A stretch of DNA of 63,174 nucleotides, the filler included, from Octopus bimaculoides (lineage: Eukaryota), in assembly GCF_001194135.2 (NCBI RefSeq). It is 7 parts of 7 records of this genome, joined end to end, with 100 filler letters (N's around TTAATTAATTAA, not from the genome) between each part and the next. Parts side by side here need not be neighbours in the genome. Positions count along the whole stretch, not along the records: positions 33,512 to 40,435 come from NC_068985.1; positions 40,536 to 57,707 come from NC_069002.1; 5 more parts are not named here. One strand, given 5' to 3'. The translations under genes and the position numbers were made by a program. This document shows, piece after piece, positions 35,770 to 51,146 of this stretch. Below the pieces are notes generated by a model. The model had not been told where the DNA came from and did not search any database. It was given only the letters and a program-made list of their open reading frames with translations. Each line of letters starts with the position of its first letter. Positions within the stretch are counted from its first letter, which is position 1.

Positions 35770-35960
35770 GCACAGGACAGGACATTTTAAGTGGCGGGAT
35801 TTGTCGACACTATCGATCCAGTACTTGCCGAACCTAAGAGTATGAAAGACAAAGTACTTCTTGGCAGGATTTGAACTCAGAAGATAAAGATTCGTAAGAA
35901 ATACCTCAAGGCACTTTTGCCCAATGCTTTAACAATTGTGCCGAATTGCTACCTTTGAAT
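35770..35960 (-). mobile_element. SINE family B, diverged
   Basis: GATTTGAACTCAGAAGATAAAG..AAGAAATACC. Confidence 0.65.
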
Positions 35961-37214
35961 CAGTACAGGTAACAGAGCCATTTTATTTACGCGGTCATAT
36001 GACTTGTAAGAGATCCCAGCAAAATCTCCCATACTATTGACTTAAAATCGATAATGCACATTAGAAAATGTGATCTTAGGTGCATTGCGTCAGAATATAA
36101 TACGTCATTGTGACGGCTGGGATGCCTTGAATTTTGGGATGCTCTATCAGGTTTAATCTGAATATAATGAAACAACAGCATGAATTTGAATTCAGCATTA
36201 GAACCCAATTTTACTACATTCTACAATCGCCAGTTCTATAACATAACCGTCATTGCTTATGCAGTTCAACTCTGATGGATTGAGACCTGATGAAGCAAAA
36301 TCTATAAAGAAAAATAAATAAACGGTGCTGGATTTAGGCTTTGTGAGCCTTTAAATTATATAAAACTTAGAAGCCTCTTAAAACTATCATTCCAGAAGAT
36401 CTGAAAAATACTGAAAATGTTTTTTTTAAAAATTACTTTGAAATCTCTATACATTGTGTGTCTGTGTATTAATAATAAAAAGTAATCATGATCTCCATCT
36501 TAATGTGGAGGTTGTGTTAGAACAGAGAACACTGTGATATTTATCTTGAGGGGATTTCTCATAAGGACTCGTGGTGATTAAAGGCACACGTAATTATATC
36601 GTTGCCAGACGAGAACAGTCTGTTATGGCCACCAGAACTGCCAGATCACATGCATATTTCATACATATGTCTGTATGTATAAATATATACATATGCACAC
36701 GTGTTTTACTGATGCATTCGCTGTGCTTGTTTATGATGTTATGATTTACAAAATGAATTTATCGATTTAAGCCAATAAAATAAGTGTAAATTAATCAAAA
36801 TGAATTAAATAAGCTAGACAGTCGTAAAAGACTAGATTTCTTTTAGCACAATCTCCCTGTGGATGTAATACATGGATCAGATGAAGCACTTTAAATTTCA
36901 ACTGAATTAGTATCAATAACTGCGTAACATCATAAACTGTCCACAGTAGTATTGTATTTATCAGCACTGTTATTTAAGGACTTCATTAAAACGGATAACG
37001 TAATTTGCATATATGACGCATTTCTATAGTAACTAGTCCGATTGTTATACTGATGCATTAGCAGACTTCGTTCCTTTCATTCCGTGTGCCACAAAATAAT
37101 CCTATAGCTATCTGTGTATCACACATAAAGGTTTTGCACCTCGAAAGGCAAATTTTGTACGGCATTCGACTTGAGATAATATCTCTAACGGATGCGTTGT
37201 GTTCAAAAGCACAA

Positions 37215-37276
<62 letters not shown>

Positions 37277-38649
37277 TGTATGTTTTTATGTTCAGTTATA
37301 ATAAAAACAATTTTAGATTAATCTGGTGGCTTACTCTATACTTTTTGTCGAGTATAAATTTATTATTCTTAAACAAGAATATTATTGAGAGTNNNNNNNN
37401 NNNNNNNNNNNNNNNNNNNNNNNNNNNNNNNNNNNNNNNNNNNNNNNNNNNNNNNNNNNNNNNNNNNNNNNNNNNNNNNNNNNNNNNNNNNNNNNNNNNN
37501 NNNNNNNNNNNNNNNNNNNNNNNNNNNNNNNNNNNNNNNNNNNNNNNNNNNNNNNNNNNNNNNNNNNNNNNNNNNNNNNNNNNNNNNNNNNNNNNNNNNN
37601 NNNNNNNNNNNNNNNNNNNNNNNNNNNNNNNNNNNNNNNNNNNNNNNNNNNNNNNNNNNNNNNNNNNNNNNNNNNNNNNNNNNNNNNNNNNNNNNNNNNN
37701 NNNNNNNNNNNNNNNNNNNNNNNNNNNNNNNNNNNNNNNNNNNNNNNNNNNNNNNNNNNNNNNNNNNNNNNNNNNNNNNNNNNNNNNNNNNNNNNNNNNN
37801 NNNNNNNNNNNNNNNNNNNNNNNNNNNNNNNNNNNNNNNNNNNNNNNNNNNNNNNNNNNNNNNNNNNNNNNNNNNNNNNNNNNNNNNNNNNNNNNNNNNN
37901 NNNNNNNNNNNNNNNNNNNNNNNNNNNNNNNNNNNNNNNNNNNNNNNNNNNNNNNNNNNNNNNNNNNNNNNNNNNNNNNNNNNNNNNNNNNNNNNNNNNN
38001 NNNNNNNNNNNNNNNNNNNNNNNNNNNNNNNNNNNNNNNNNNNNNNNNNNNNNNNNNNNNNNNNNNNNNNNNNNNNNNNNNNNNNNNNNNNNNNNNNNNN
38101 NNNNNNNNNNNNNNNNNNNNNNNNNNNNNNNNNNNNNNNNNNNNNNNNNNNNNNNNNNNNNNNNNNNNNNNNNNNNNNNNNNNNNNNNNNNNNNNNNNNN
38201 NNNNNNNNNNNNNNNNNNNNNNNNNNNNNNNNNNNNNNNNNNNNNNNNNNNNNNNNNNNNNNNNNNNNNNNNNNNNNNNNNNNNNNNNNNNNNNNNNNNN
38301 NNNNNNNNNNNNNNNNNACGTACATACATACACACACACATGCATACATACATAGACACGTACAGACATACACACACATACATGCATACATACATACACA
38401 CGTACATACATACTCACACATACATGCACACGTACATACATACACCACGTACATGCATACATACATACATACATACATACATACACACGTACATACATAC
38501 ACACATATATACATACATACATATATACATACACACACACGTGCGTATATTAATATACAAATACGTGTTTATATGTTTGTATGTATGTATGTATGTATGT
38601 ATGTATGTGTTTTTTTGTGCATGTGCGTGTATATGAATTTGTGTATTTA

Positions 38650-38790
38650 TGGTAAAGAAGCGTGCTTTGTAATCACGCAGTTTTGGCTTCCTACAGCGCG
38701 GCACCTTGCGTGTGTGCTTACTACTATAGCATTGGGTCAACCAATGCCTTGTCACTAAATTTGTTAGACGGAAACTGTGTGGAAGCCTGT
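38650..38790 (+). mobile_element. SINE family A head, diverged
   Basis: GGCACCTTG..CTACTATAGC..GACGGAAACTG. Confidence 0.75.
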
Positions 38791-39198
38791 CATATATATA
38801 TGCATGCTGATACGTACGTATGTCTGCATGTACGTACGTATGTATCATATGTGTATGTATGTATGTATATACACATACCTGTTGAAATTCTTGTAATCGT
38901 GTAACATTTTCTCAGTTTTCTGTTTTGTTTTTGTTTTTTTTTTTGTCCGTGTTGTCGCACATGTTCGCTCACGTTCTTCCAAACACTTAATGCCCTTAGT
39001 TTAGATTTTTGGGGCCTACCAATTTTGCAGTCTCGAGTTTAACAGGCCGAAACTGTAATGATGATTGGAAGCTTGACTAATGAATAGAAAACCACGTATG
39101 CTCCGTACTGGTTTTCCTGTCCGTCTTCGTATCGTCTATTTGTCCGTATGTTTTTCTTGTTCCATTTTTTTTATTTATACACAGACATATGTGTGTGT

Positions 39199-39575
39199 CA
39201 TACGCCATTGAAACCGGAAAACCGGGCCAATGAGCCTGGCTATGCTTTAAAAGGGCGTAGTGGAGGCGCAATGATCCAGTGGTTAGGGTAGCGGACTCGC
39301 GGTCGGAGGATCGCAGTTTCGATTCCCAGGCCGGGCGTTGTATGTGTTTATTGAGCGAAAACACCTAAAAAGTTCCATGAGGCTCCGGCAGGGGATGGTG
39401 GCGACCCCTGTTGTACTCTTTTGCCCCAACTTTCTCTCACTCTTTCTTCCTGTTTCTTGAGTAACGCTGCGATGGACTGGCGCCCTGTCCACCTGGAGGG
39501 GAACACATACACCATAGAAACCGGGAAACCGGGCCCATGAGCCTGGCTAGGCTTGAAAGCGGCACATAAATAAAA
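39199..39575 (+). mobile_element. SINE with a family C head but a different 3' tail, preceded by an extra tail copy
   Basis: 39260-39455 matches the first about 180 bp of the 18732 element, then GCGATGGACTGGCGCCCTGTCC follows. The tail at 39506-39564 is repeated at 39199-39257. Confidence 0.85.
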
Positions 39576-39589
39576 TATGTGTGTGTGTG

Positions 39590-39660
<71 letters not shown>

Positions 39661-40535
39661 GTGTGCGTGTGTGTTCGAATAAAATAAGGTATTTTCGAAT
39701 AAAATATTCTAATTTATTCGAAAATATCAGCCAAAACTGAACAAGCAATGACCAGAACTACCATCTCACCAATCCACAGAAAGACACCAACCAAACACTG
39801 CCTGAATAAAGAATAGTATATATAAATTGAATTGAATCGAATTAGTTTCAGCTCACGAAGTGTGACCATGCTGGGGCACCACCATTTGTTTTTACGACTT
39901 ACACATATTTTGCTTCACAAAAAAAGTTCTTTAGAACTTGACATTCGATGCATTCGAGAATCTGACACGAATGTCTTCTCTTGCACTTCTTGCTGTGAAG
40001 CTAAATTCAACTGGGACCCTTGAGAGTAAGAGATCTAATCCTGGTTTTTTTTATGACATTTATACATACCTGATATGAGTATACACTCCTTTTGGATCTA
40101 TTTTAAAACGGGGGCGCCAGTATTTTCTTAACGAAACACTAACAAAACACTTTGAAACTTGGGACACTGGTAGAATGTGTCATATAAAACATCTTTTACT
40201 CTTAGTCTCCTTAACAAAAAAAAAGGAATTCGCAAGTTATTCCATGTTAAAGCTGTCGTATTTCTGTAATTTCAACCAATCACTGACGTCTACTCAGCTC
40301 AATAGAGTTACTACTGCTGGACGGTCATAAAAATGTTATTCCCTGTGACATATTTCATCCGGTTTAATCGTAATTTATACGCATATATTGTTTATATAAT
40401 AAATTACGCTGTGCGTATCTATGTGTGTAACAATTNNNNNNNNNNNNNNNNNNNNNNNNNNNNNNNNNNNNNNNNNNNNTTAATTAATTAANNNNNNNNN
40501 NNNNNNNNNNNNNNNNNNNNNNNNNNNNNNNNNNN

Positions 40536-40574
<39 letters not shown>

Positions 40575-40754
40575 CCATGCTGCCACTAGATTTGATCGCT
40601 ACTTAAAATAACCATCATATCCACACACACACACATATATATATATAGACACATGCATAAACGTATATATATATATACATATACAAATATGCGACCTTTA
40701 AGTTAGTTAATAAATATTTGTGACATTTTTCAACTTCTGAAGGCAAATTCACTG

Positions 40755-40858
40755 CGGTTACCGTGGAAAAAAAGGACACAACGCCTCGCCGGGAATTGAA
40801 CTCATGACCTCACAATCGTGAGTCGAATGCTCTAATCACTAAGCTACACGCCTTCACC
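40755..40858 (-). mobile_element. tRNA-like SINE head (family D-like)
   Basis: TAGCTTAGTGATTAGAGC..GAGTTCAATTCCCGG..GTTGTGTCCTT; no acceptor stem, so it is not a tRNA gene. Confidence 0.7.
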
Positions 40859-41003
40859 ATATATATATATTTTCATATATATATATATAACAAATAATAA
40901 GTGAGTATATGCATATATACGTACAGGTATATATGCATATACTGTATATATAGGTATATACAGTATATATATGCGTCTACCTGTATATATAGGTATGTAT
41001 ATT

Positions 41004-41036
<33 letters not shown>

Positions 41037-41136
41037 GTGAGCATACATGTAAAAGCTATTCCGATTACCATGGCTTTGAAGATCATTTTTCAATTTCCCT
41101 GTGATAAAAACAGAAACGGAACAATGAAATAATGCA

Positions 41137-41169
<33 letters not shown>

Positions 41170-41346
41170 AAGAGGAAGAATAACAAAAGCAACAATAACA
41201 ACAATAACAATAATAATGTCGCTGCCCATTGACCTGCTATTGTTTCCATATTTATCCGAAATTTTCTGTGAAAAAAATATTTTATCGATTACAAGTTTAC
41301 CTTTACATGGAAATTTAAATTCAAAAAAAAAATGTATTAAGTGCAC

Positions 41347-41377
<31 letters not shown>

Positions 41378-41442
41378 TTATAATAATAATAATAATGATG
41401 ATGATACTAATAATAACAATAATAATTATGATAATAATAGTA

Positions 41443-41500
<58 letters not shown>

Positions 41501-42011
41501 TAATAATAATAATAAAAAAAATAATAAGATTAATAATAATAATAATGGCGGAATAATGCATAAATATGTAACGATGTCAAACCAAAAAAATAACAAGAGA
41601 ACAACGGATGATTTTGATGATAATAAAAATAATAGCAATAATAATAATAATGACAATAATAATAATAATAATAATAATAATTATAATAATAATAATAATA
41701 ATAATAATCTCGGCTTGAGCATCATGGCCGACATCCTGAACGTCAAGCATAAATACAATGAGTAAATAGATAAATAAATAAATAATTATATGGATAAATA
41801 AAGTAAAAACATACCCGCCAAGGATCAAGGAATATTATTAAATTCCATCATATTGACCAAGTATTTATTTTAATACCGTGTCTTTAGTGAAAATATAAAT
41901 ATTTGAATATTTAAATTTTATATGCTAAGGTTGCAATGGATTCGTTTTCTTTTTTTTCTTTTCTGCTGTTCTGATTTTCGTTTATACAATATGATCACAC
42001 ACGTACGTGCT

Positions 42012-42059
<48 letters not shown>

Positions 42060-42062
<3 letters not shown>

Positions 42063-42200
42063 GCTGTGTGGCATGACGCTTGGTTCCAAGCCACGGGGTT
42101 TCTGGTTCAAGCACATCGGGCAGCTTCTTTCCCAGTTCTGTATTGAGTTTGTTTGGCGGAAACTGGAAGAAACTCATCGTGTGTGTGTAGGTGTGTGAGT
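42060..42200 (+). mobile_element. SINE family A head, diverged
   Basis: GGCTGTGTGG..GGGCAG..CGGAAACTG. Confidence 0.65.
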
Positions 42201-42251
42201 TTGTGAGTGTGTTTATGTGTGTGTGTATGTGTGTTTGTATTGTATGTTTCA

Positions 42252-42472
42252 TATTTCTTTATTGCCCACAAGGGGCTAAACATAGAGGGACAGACAAGGA
42301 GATTAAGTCGATTACATCGACCCCAGTGCGTAACTGATACTTAATTTATCGACCCCGAAATGATGAAAGGCAAAGTCGACCTTGGCGGAATTTGAACTCA
42401 GAATGTAACGGCAGACGAAATACCGCTAAGCATTCCGCCCGGCGTGCTAACCACTCTGCCAGCTCGCTGCCT
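42252..42472 (-). mobile_element. SINE family B, full length
   Basis: Minus strand GGCAGCGAGCTGGCAGAGTGG..GAGTTCAAATTCC..TGGGCAATAAAGAAATA. Confidence 0.9.
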
Positions 42473-42782
42473 TATTTATGTGTGTTTATGTTTCTGTATG
42501 TCTTTGTGCTAGTCTCGTCTACCATTTGGCAAAAGGTGTTACTTTGTTTACGACCCAATAACTTAGCAGTTCGGCAGAATAAGAGATAGGATAATTACCA
42601 GGACTAAAAACGAGTACTTGGTTTAGTATATCTCTCTGCAACTAAGCGGTTCGGCAAAAAGTGAGTGATAGAAAGAGTACCAGCTTTCAAAATAAGTACA
42701 GGGATCAGTATATTTGACCCTTCGAATCGGGAATACAACAGGACTGCAGTCTAATGATTGAAACTATAAAAGAATAAAAGAC

Positions 42783-42876
<94 letters not shown>

Positions 42877-43734
42877 AAACAGGAATGGTAATGTCGTCAA
42901 AATAAGAGGCAGCAGAATTCGTAAAATCCTTATGCATGACTAGCTCCATGATGTAAAGAGAAGCAGAGGAAGTTCATGTCTGAGTCAAACTCATGGCAAA
43001 GCTAACTACAAGGTGGCCTGAATTCTTTCAGAAATATCTGAAGAAATGAATTACATTAAAACGCAACAAATGGAGGGGAACTTTCTATGAAACCATAAAG
43101 AAATATGAATTGAGCCCACTGGACCATCTTAAGAAATGAGAGCAAAGGGAAAGTTTCCCACTAGCGTGCCAGACGTTTTGAGTAATAATGTTTTCTATTG
43201 TTCAATCTGTGGACTGTCCGTAGTCCCTTGGCTAGAATAAGAGATATGGACATCAGAATTGAAACAAAACGGCAAAAATGCTTTTAGAGACTCATTCGTT
43301 GGAATCGACGGGTGAGTCCATTACATGGTATTTACGAAAATGACAGGTTCAAAAGCGACATTGACAGGCAGTGGCGAAGTTTCCAAGCGAAACAATATAT
43401 ATTTTGTAGTGTTAAGGATTATGGATGCATATATACTTACACACACACACACACACACTAGCACACACACACACTAGCACACACACATGTACGCACGTAC
43501 GCACACATGCATACACGCATACTTGTATATTTATTATTCTTACACAAGTATATTGTTGACAGTGACTTCAAAATTTCAGCCAGCTGATGCCTCGTCGAAA
43601 CTTTCGATGTTATAAACACGGGAGTGAAAGGTCTTGATAAGATTCTGCGTGAGAATTTGAAGATGGGACTTAAAAATATATCCCATCATTTTGTATCGTA
43701 GAAATTCTAAAGTCGATTGAATAGTTACTGATGG

Positions 43735-43968
43735 TTACGACGGTGATGATTATGATGATGATGATGATGAGAAGGAGGAGGAGGAAGGGTATCAGGAGGA
43801 GAAGGAGGAGGAAGAGGAAAACGATGATGATGATGATGACGACAACGACAACGATGACATTGATAATAATAATGACGAAATTAATGATGTTGATGATCAT
43901 CACGATCATCGTCAACAAGATGATGAAACTGGAGATGTTGACGACGACGATGATGATGATGAAGATGG

Positions 43969-44009
<41 letters not shown>

Positions 44010-44100
44010 GTGGTGAGCATGATAATGATAATTCTGCTTGTGCTGCTGCTGCTGCTGATGATGATGATGATGATAGTAGTAGTAGTAGTAGTATTAATAA
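43735..44100 (+). repeat. Compound (GAT)n/(GAG)n/(GCT)n/(AGT)n microsatellite
   Basis: Visible directly. Confidence 0.95.
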
Positions 44101-44464
44101 GAAGACTAACAATACGTAAAATATTAATAATGATGAATGGTTTATATGCTTCTCGTTTATTTATTTATTTATTATTATTTTTTTTTTGCTGTGGAGTAAA
44201 TTCCACTAGAAAAAGGCAATATATAATTGTATAGAATAGTTTCTAATATATCCGCTCTTTCTTAATCTTTTACCCATAATCTTATATGAAATTTTTCATT
44301 ATCCTCTTTGGGGCATACGTTCCATTAACGTTCTCTAATACATACATAAATACACATGTGCACTCGTATTATACATATAACAGTATATATATATGTATGT
44401 ATGTGTATGTGTTGTGCCTGTGTGCGTGTCTTTGTATATGTATATAGGCTTGTATATATCCATG

Positions 44465-44511
<47 letters not shown>

Positions 44512-44855
44512 NNNNNNNNNNNNNNNNNNNNNNNNNNNNNNNNNNNNNNNNNNNNNNNNNNNNNNNNNNNNNNNNNNNNNNNNNNNNNNNNNNNNNNNNN
44601 NNNNNNNNNNNNNNNNNNNNNNNNNNNNNNNNNNNNNNNNNNNNNNNNNNNNNNNNNNNNNNNNNNNNNNNNNNNNNNNNNNNNNNNNNNNNNNNNNNNN
44701 NNNNNNNNNNNNNNNNNNNNNNNNNNNNNNNNNNNNNNNNNNNNNNNNNNNNNNNNNNNNNNNNNNNNNNNNNNNNNNNNNNNNNNNNNNNNNNNNNNNN
44801 NNNNNNNNNNNNNNNNNNNNNNNNNNNNNNNNNNNNNNNNNNNNNNNNNNNNNNN

Positions 44856-44910
<55 letters not shown>

Positions 44911-46113
44911 TATATGCATATCTATATTTGATATGTATGTATGCGTGCCTCTGTGTGTGTGTGTGTGTGTGTGTGCTTGTGTGTGTAATGTATATGATAG
45001 AAATAACGGGTTAAAAGATCTACAAAACTACAAAAATATTTGAGCATCATCATTGACTGAAGACAGAGTTGACTTATCTAATGATAATAACTGAAATATA
45101 TCTCTGTATATACATATGTGTGAGCGTGTGTGAGCGTGTGTGTGAGTGTGTGTGTGTGAGTGTACAGAAGAGAAGGAAAGAGAGAGAGAGTGTGTGTATG
45201 AGAGAAAGATGAGAGAAGGAGAGAGTGGTAGACTGGAAGGAAAAACAGAGTGAGAAAGAGAGGGAGACACACACACACACAGACATATATGCATATGTGT
45301 GACTGTATGTAAAAACATGTTTATGTATGTGTATATATATATATATATATACACACACACAAACACACACACATACACATATATATACGCACGGATGTTC
45401 TTATATGTGTGAGTAATTTTGTATGTATGTATATATATATATATATACACACACACACATATATATATATGTTGGCTTATGCGTTTCTGTCTAGATGTGT
45501 ATATAGCTTGTATTTGTTCTTGTGTATGTGTCTATATGTGTGTGTAAGCATTCAATCAAGTTTATTCGCTCATGGTGGCGTTTGATCGTGAAATTTGTAT
45601 TGATAATAACAATACCCACAAACGCATAGAGGTTTATGCAAGGAAACAGATGTACACACACATAACACGAACTCATACGTTGATAATTGGACAGTCTATA
45701 CTAAAAAGCACACATACACGTACATATATAACTACACACACACATGCACACATTCATACATTTTAAAAACATATCAAGACTCAAACGCACAATTAATTAA
45801 AAACACACAAGACCTCATACGTACATATTCACAAACACACTTCTCCACAGAACCACACATGCACGCATAATCACACGACACACTGTTTCATATACAAAAA
45901 TGCGCATAAAAGCACATGGATTGCTCACGTACACGCATTCATATGCACATATTCATGCATACATGCATACATACACATATACGTACATACAAGTATACAT
46001 ACAAAAATAAATACTTACATCCATAAATACATACATACATACATACATACATACATACATAAATACGTACATATATTCATACAGATATATACATACATAC
46101 CTACAAATATACA

Positions 46114-46150
<37 letters not shown>

Positions 46151-46180
46151 TCATACATAAATACATGCATAAATTCATAC

Positions 46181-46213
<33 letters not shown>

Positions 46214-46999
46214 CATATATGCATACATANNNNNNNNNNNNNNNNNNNNNNNNNNNNNNNNNNNNNNNNNNNNNNNNNNNNNNNNNNNNNNNNNNNNNNN
46301 NNNNNNNNNNNNNNNNNNNNNNNNNNNNNNNNNNNNNNNNNNNNNNNNNNNNNNNNNNNNNNNNNNNNNNNNNNNNNNNNNNNNNNNNNNNNNNNNNNNN
46401 NNNNNNNNNNATATATATATATATATATACACACAGACTCATTCTTAAATATCTTGTTTAACGGAATAGTCGTTTGTGGCCATCTACGACTAAGGGTCGC
46501 GAAGAATTGGACGTATTTTTACTTAGAATATTTCCTACAGATTAAACCATTTCCTCTTTGATTCCTCCAAGATTCCACCACTTACATATCTATTTATTTC
46601 CATCTTACTCTTCTACTTATTCTTCCAATTCTTCATATTCTTCTCTCTAATATTTCTCTTTGTTTTTGGCTTTTTACTTAGATGTATTCCTCTATTTTCG
46701 CTTGTTTTAGTCTTTAAAGTTGGTGGCTTCTTATGTCATATTTTCCCTTGTTTTTCATATCTTGGTATTTTGGTATTTTGGTTTTGTTAAATCTGGAAAA
46801 TGATGTTCAAAAATAGAAATAATATTACCTAAACTTTAGATAGATTCCAGCTAATCTTCGCAATCTTTATTTTTCCGCTTAAATCTTGCAAAGAATGAGA
46901 GAACGAGATTAAAATTTCTGCCTTTTGGGAATATATCGAATGAAAAACCCGAACGAAGAATAGACGAGTGAGGTTAATTCATTTGCTGTTCCTCCTTAC

Positions 47000-47062
<63 letters not shown>

Positions 47063-47371
47063 CATTATTATTATTACCATAATCATCATCACCAATGAGG
47101 TCTTGTGATGGTGTTATTATCAATGTTCTTTGTTTTACTTGTTTCAGATATTTGATTGCAGCCATGTCGGACTATCTGAACAAAAGGATCACCAGTACTT
47201 ACATCCGAAAGTTTGATGCTTATTTTATCGGTGTCTTTTCCCCCAACTGCTAAGTTACGAGGAGGTAAACAAACCCAAATCGGTTGCCAGGAAGTGTGGG
47301 TGAACACATAAACACTTACATACACCCATACTCACAAATACGCACATAGTCTCAAATACATAGATAAATAA

Positions 47372-47456
<85 letters not shown>

Positions 47457-47953
47457 CTATAAACACATATATATATGTGTGTATGTATATATATATGTAT
47501 ATATATATATATATATGTGTGTATATATACATATATATACATATATATACATACATACATACATATATATATGTGTGTATATATACATATATATACATAT
47601 ATATACATACATACATACATACATAGCTGATGCCACCCGATCCAGGACTCTACTGCTATTCTATTTCATTGATATCGGAGAGATGAAATACAATATTGAC
47701 TCCCACATGGTTTGAATCCCAAACGTGGAAAGCCGGAAGAAATTCCGCAATTTTTTGATTTTGCAATGCTTCTGCTATATCACACTGTCTTTAATAATGG
47801 CCTTTTGTGCTTTAGGAACAAGGCCAGATATTTTGGGGGCTAGTCGACTGTTACATATTTTATCGACTCCGAAAGGATGAAAGGCAAAGAAAAGCAAAAT
47901 CAACAGCAACTGCAGAACGTGAATCTGGAAAAACATACAGCTAAATATTCTGG

Positions 47954-48357
47954 GCTGATTCCTTCCTGGCTCAGATACTAGGGAACCCCAAAATGGCAGA
48001 AATTCAAAAGATAGTGCTCATGGGGACTGTCCATATCCTACGTAAAATGCTGTCTGTGTAATCTCAAATTCTGAAACAAACATAATTTTCTTTTGTTTTC
48101 TTAAGCATTATTTAGAACAAAGGTAGTATATTGACAAAAAAAAAAATTCTAGATGGGGTAGCATTTGTGACTCCAAGGGTCAAAAGGAGGCGTTTGGTCA
48201 AAATGGGCTGAGAACCTTTCCTCTAGAACAATACTTTATGCAAGACCAAATATATGGCACCCTAGGCATAACCTCAACTTGATGCCTTCTAACTTGATGC
48301 CTCTTCAAGTCTCTGGGTACAAATACAAAGCAAAAATCAAACATATAATAATAATAT
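47954..48357 (+). mobile_element. R4/Dong-like LINE 3' end (second family)
   Basis: ADSFLAQILGNPKMAEIQKIVLMGTVHILRKMLSV* (stop 48059-48061), about 290 bp of 3' UTR and a short (ATA)n tail. Confidence 0.75.
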
Positions 48358-48545
48358 CGGTTTCAAATTTTGGCACAATGCCAGCAAGTTCGAAGAGAGG
48401 GAAGTTAATTAAATCGACCCCAATACTCTACTGGTACTTATATCATAAAACTCGAAAGGATGAAAGGCAAAAATCAACCTCCCGCGGAATTTGAACTCAG
48501 AACGTAAAGTTGGACGAAATACCGCTCAGCATTTTGTCCAGAAGC
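48358..48545 (-). mobile_element. SINE family B
   Basis: Similar to 42252-42472. Confidence 0.8.
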
Positions 48546-49377
48546 TCGATATGAAACAGAATGAAATATATCTTTCTTTCCTTCCGTGCATCCATACTTT
48601 TATTTACTCTAGCATAACCCTATGCATAACACGTTACAGCGTAACAAAATATAACGTATCATAACACGGCATATCGTAGCGCAAACCAGTTTCCATTTAC
48701 GAAGCAAATCAGAAGACGAGTAAAGCAACAACAACAACAAAAACAACAACAACAGCAACATCATCATCAACAACAACCACAACAACAACATCAACAAGAA
48801 CAACAAACAAACAACAAACACGAAAATAACGATAAAGAAACAAAGAACTTCCGAGAATCAAATAAGCGAGTTTATAAGCCTGTTACATATAAAGAACGCT
48901 TAACAAAATAGGAATATATTTTTGCAAAAACTCAATATCGTTGGCTGTTTTAAAAGATCTAACTAATCTCCGAGGCTTCTCATTTAAAGAATTCCATAAA
49001 GTCTCTTAATAAATTCTGCAAGTCAATCAAAACAAAATGGTGAATGTTTCTTATCGAAATCTTTCAAAAGACTTGAGATTTCTGATGAGGGACGGAGTCA
49101 AGGGATTGCTAAGTGCTCTGAAATCTTAGAAGATGGAGTAAGATAAAAATTAAATTATACATATCTATAGCATGTAGCAATATAATATGTCCCGCCTATA
49201 CGGGCGACTATAATATGATATTTCAATAGATAAATACATACATACATACATACATACATACATAAATACATATATATATATTTCTATATATATACATTTA
49301 TACATATATATATATACGCATATGTATATGTATATATACATATGTATATGTACATATACATGCATATATACATTCAC

Positions 49378-49425
<48 letters not shown>

Positions 49426-49852
49426 NNNNNNNNNNNNNNNNNNNNNNNNNNNNNNNNNNNNNNNNNNNNNNNNNNNNNNNNNNNNNNNNNNNNNNNNNNN
49501 NNNNNNNNNNNNNNNNNNNNNNNNNNNNNNNNNNNNNNNNNNNNNNNNNNNNNNNNNNNNNNNNNNNNNNNNNNNNNNNNNNNNNNNNNNNNNNNNNNNN
49601 NNNNNNNNNNNNNNNNNNNNNNNNNNNNNNNNNNNNNNNNNNNNNNNNNNNNNNNNNNNNNNNNNNNNNNNNNNNNNNNNNNNNNNNNNNNNNNNNNNNN
49701 NNNNNNNNNNNNNNNNNNNNNNNNNNNNNNNNNNNNNNNNNNNNNNNNNNNNNNNNNNNNNNNNNNNNNNNNNNNNNNNNNNNNNNNNNNNNNNNNNNNN
49801 NNNNNNNNNNNNNNNNNNNNNNNNNNNNNNNNNNNNNNNNNNNNNNNNNNNN

Positions 49853-49902
<50 letters not shown>

Positions 49903-50227
49903 CATACAAGCATACATACAAATATTTATACATACCTAATATGGGGGATACAATTATATATATTATTCTCTCATTTTCAAATAGATATTTTTTTAGCGTA
50001 TATATTTGTCTATGTGCTTGTGTGTATATATGTGCATATGAATTTATGAATTTATAACATATATATCTACCTACCTACCTACATACATACATACATACCT
50101 CCCTACCTACCAACCTACCTACTTACCTGCCTATCTAACTTACCACCTACGTATGCATCTACTGAAATAAGTATGAATGTATGCATGTATCTATCCATCT
50201 ATACCTATATATATATATGTGTGTTTG

Positions 50228-50331
<104 letters not shown>

Positions 50332-50383
50332 GGTGTATGCCTGTATATGTATATGAGTGTGTATATATATTATATATATATAC

Positions 50384-50414
<31 letters not shown>

Positions 50415-51078
50415 TGTACACACACAGACGCACACATATATATACACGTATTGTTAGATAGTTAGATAACTAAATAGATAAATAGATACACATCTAAACA
50501 GATATGGTTCAAAATATAGATATTGTATACATATATACACACATATATACAAACACATTCTCCCTGCTATCATTGTTTATATATTTGTGTCAAATTGAAA
50601 GCTACTTTGCAAACTAAAAAACTTTAATACGTACGTATTAATCTGTGTCGGTTTATGAATATTATAGAATGCATATGAAGCACATGTGAAAAACTGACTC
50701 AGTTGCAAAAGCTATGAGCTAACAGAAAAATCACAGCTACATTCACATGACAAACGAACAGAAACTTACATCTAGCATACAGATATGCACTTACATGGGG
50801 GTAATGGAATATATATACACAAACACACACGCATATACACATATATACATTTACATATACATACATATATATATATACATANNNNNNNNNNNNNNNNNNN
50901 NNNNNNNNNNNNNNNNNNNNNNNNNNNNNNNNNNNNNNNNNNNNNNNNNNNNNNNNNNNNNNNNNNNNNNNNNNNNNNNNNNNNNNNNNNNNNNNNNNNN
51001 NNNNNNNNNNNNNNNNNNNNNNNNNNNNNNNNNNNNNNNNNNNNNNNNNNNNNNNNNNNNNNNNNNNNNNNNNNNNNN

Positions 51079-51146
<68 letters not shown>

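Noticed and set aside
43587-43606. Hammerhead-like CTGATG..GAAAC (also CTGATGAG at about 49082 and CTGATGAAGC at about 36286)
   Set aside because: No consistent stem I/II/III pairing around the core.
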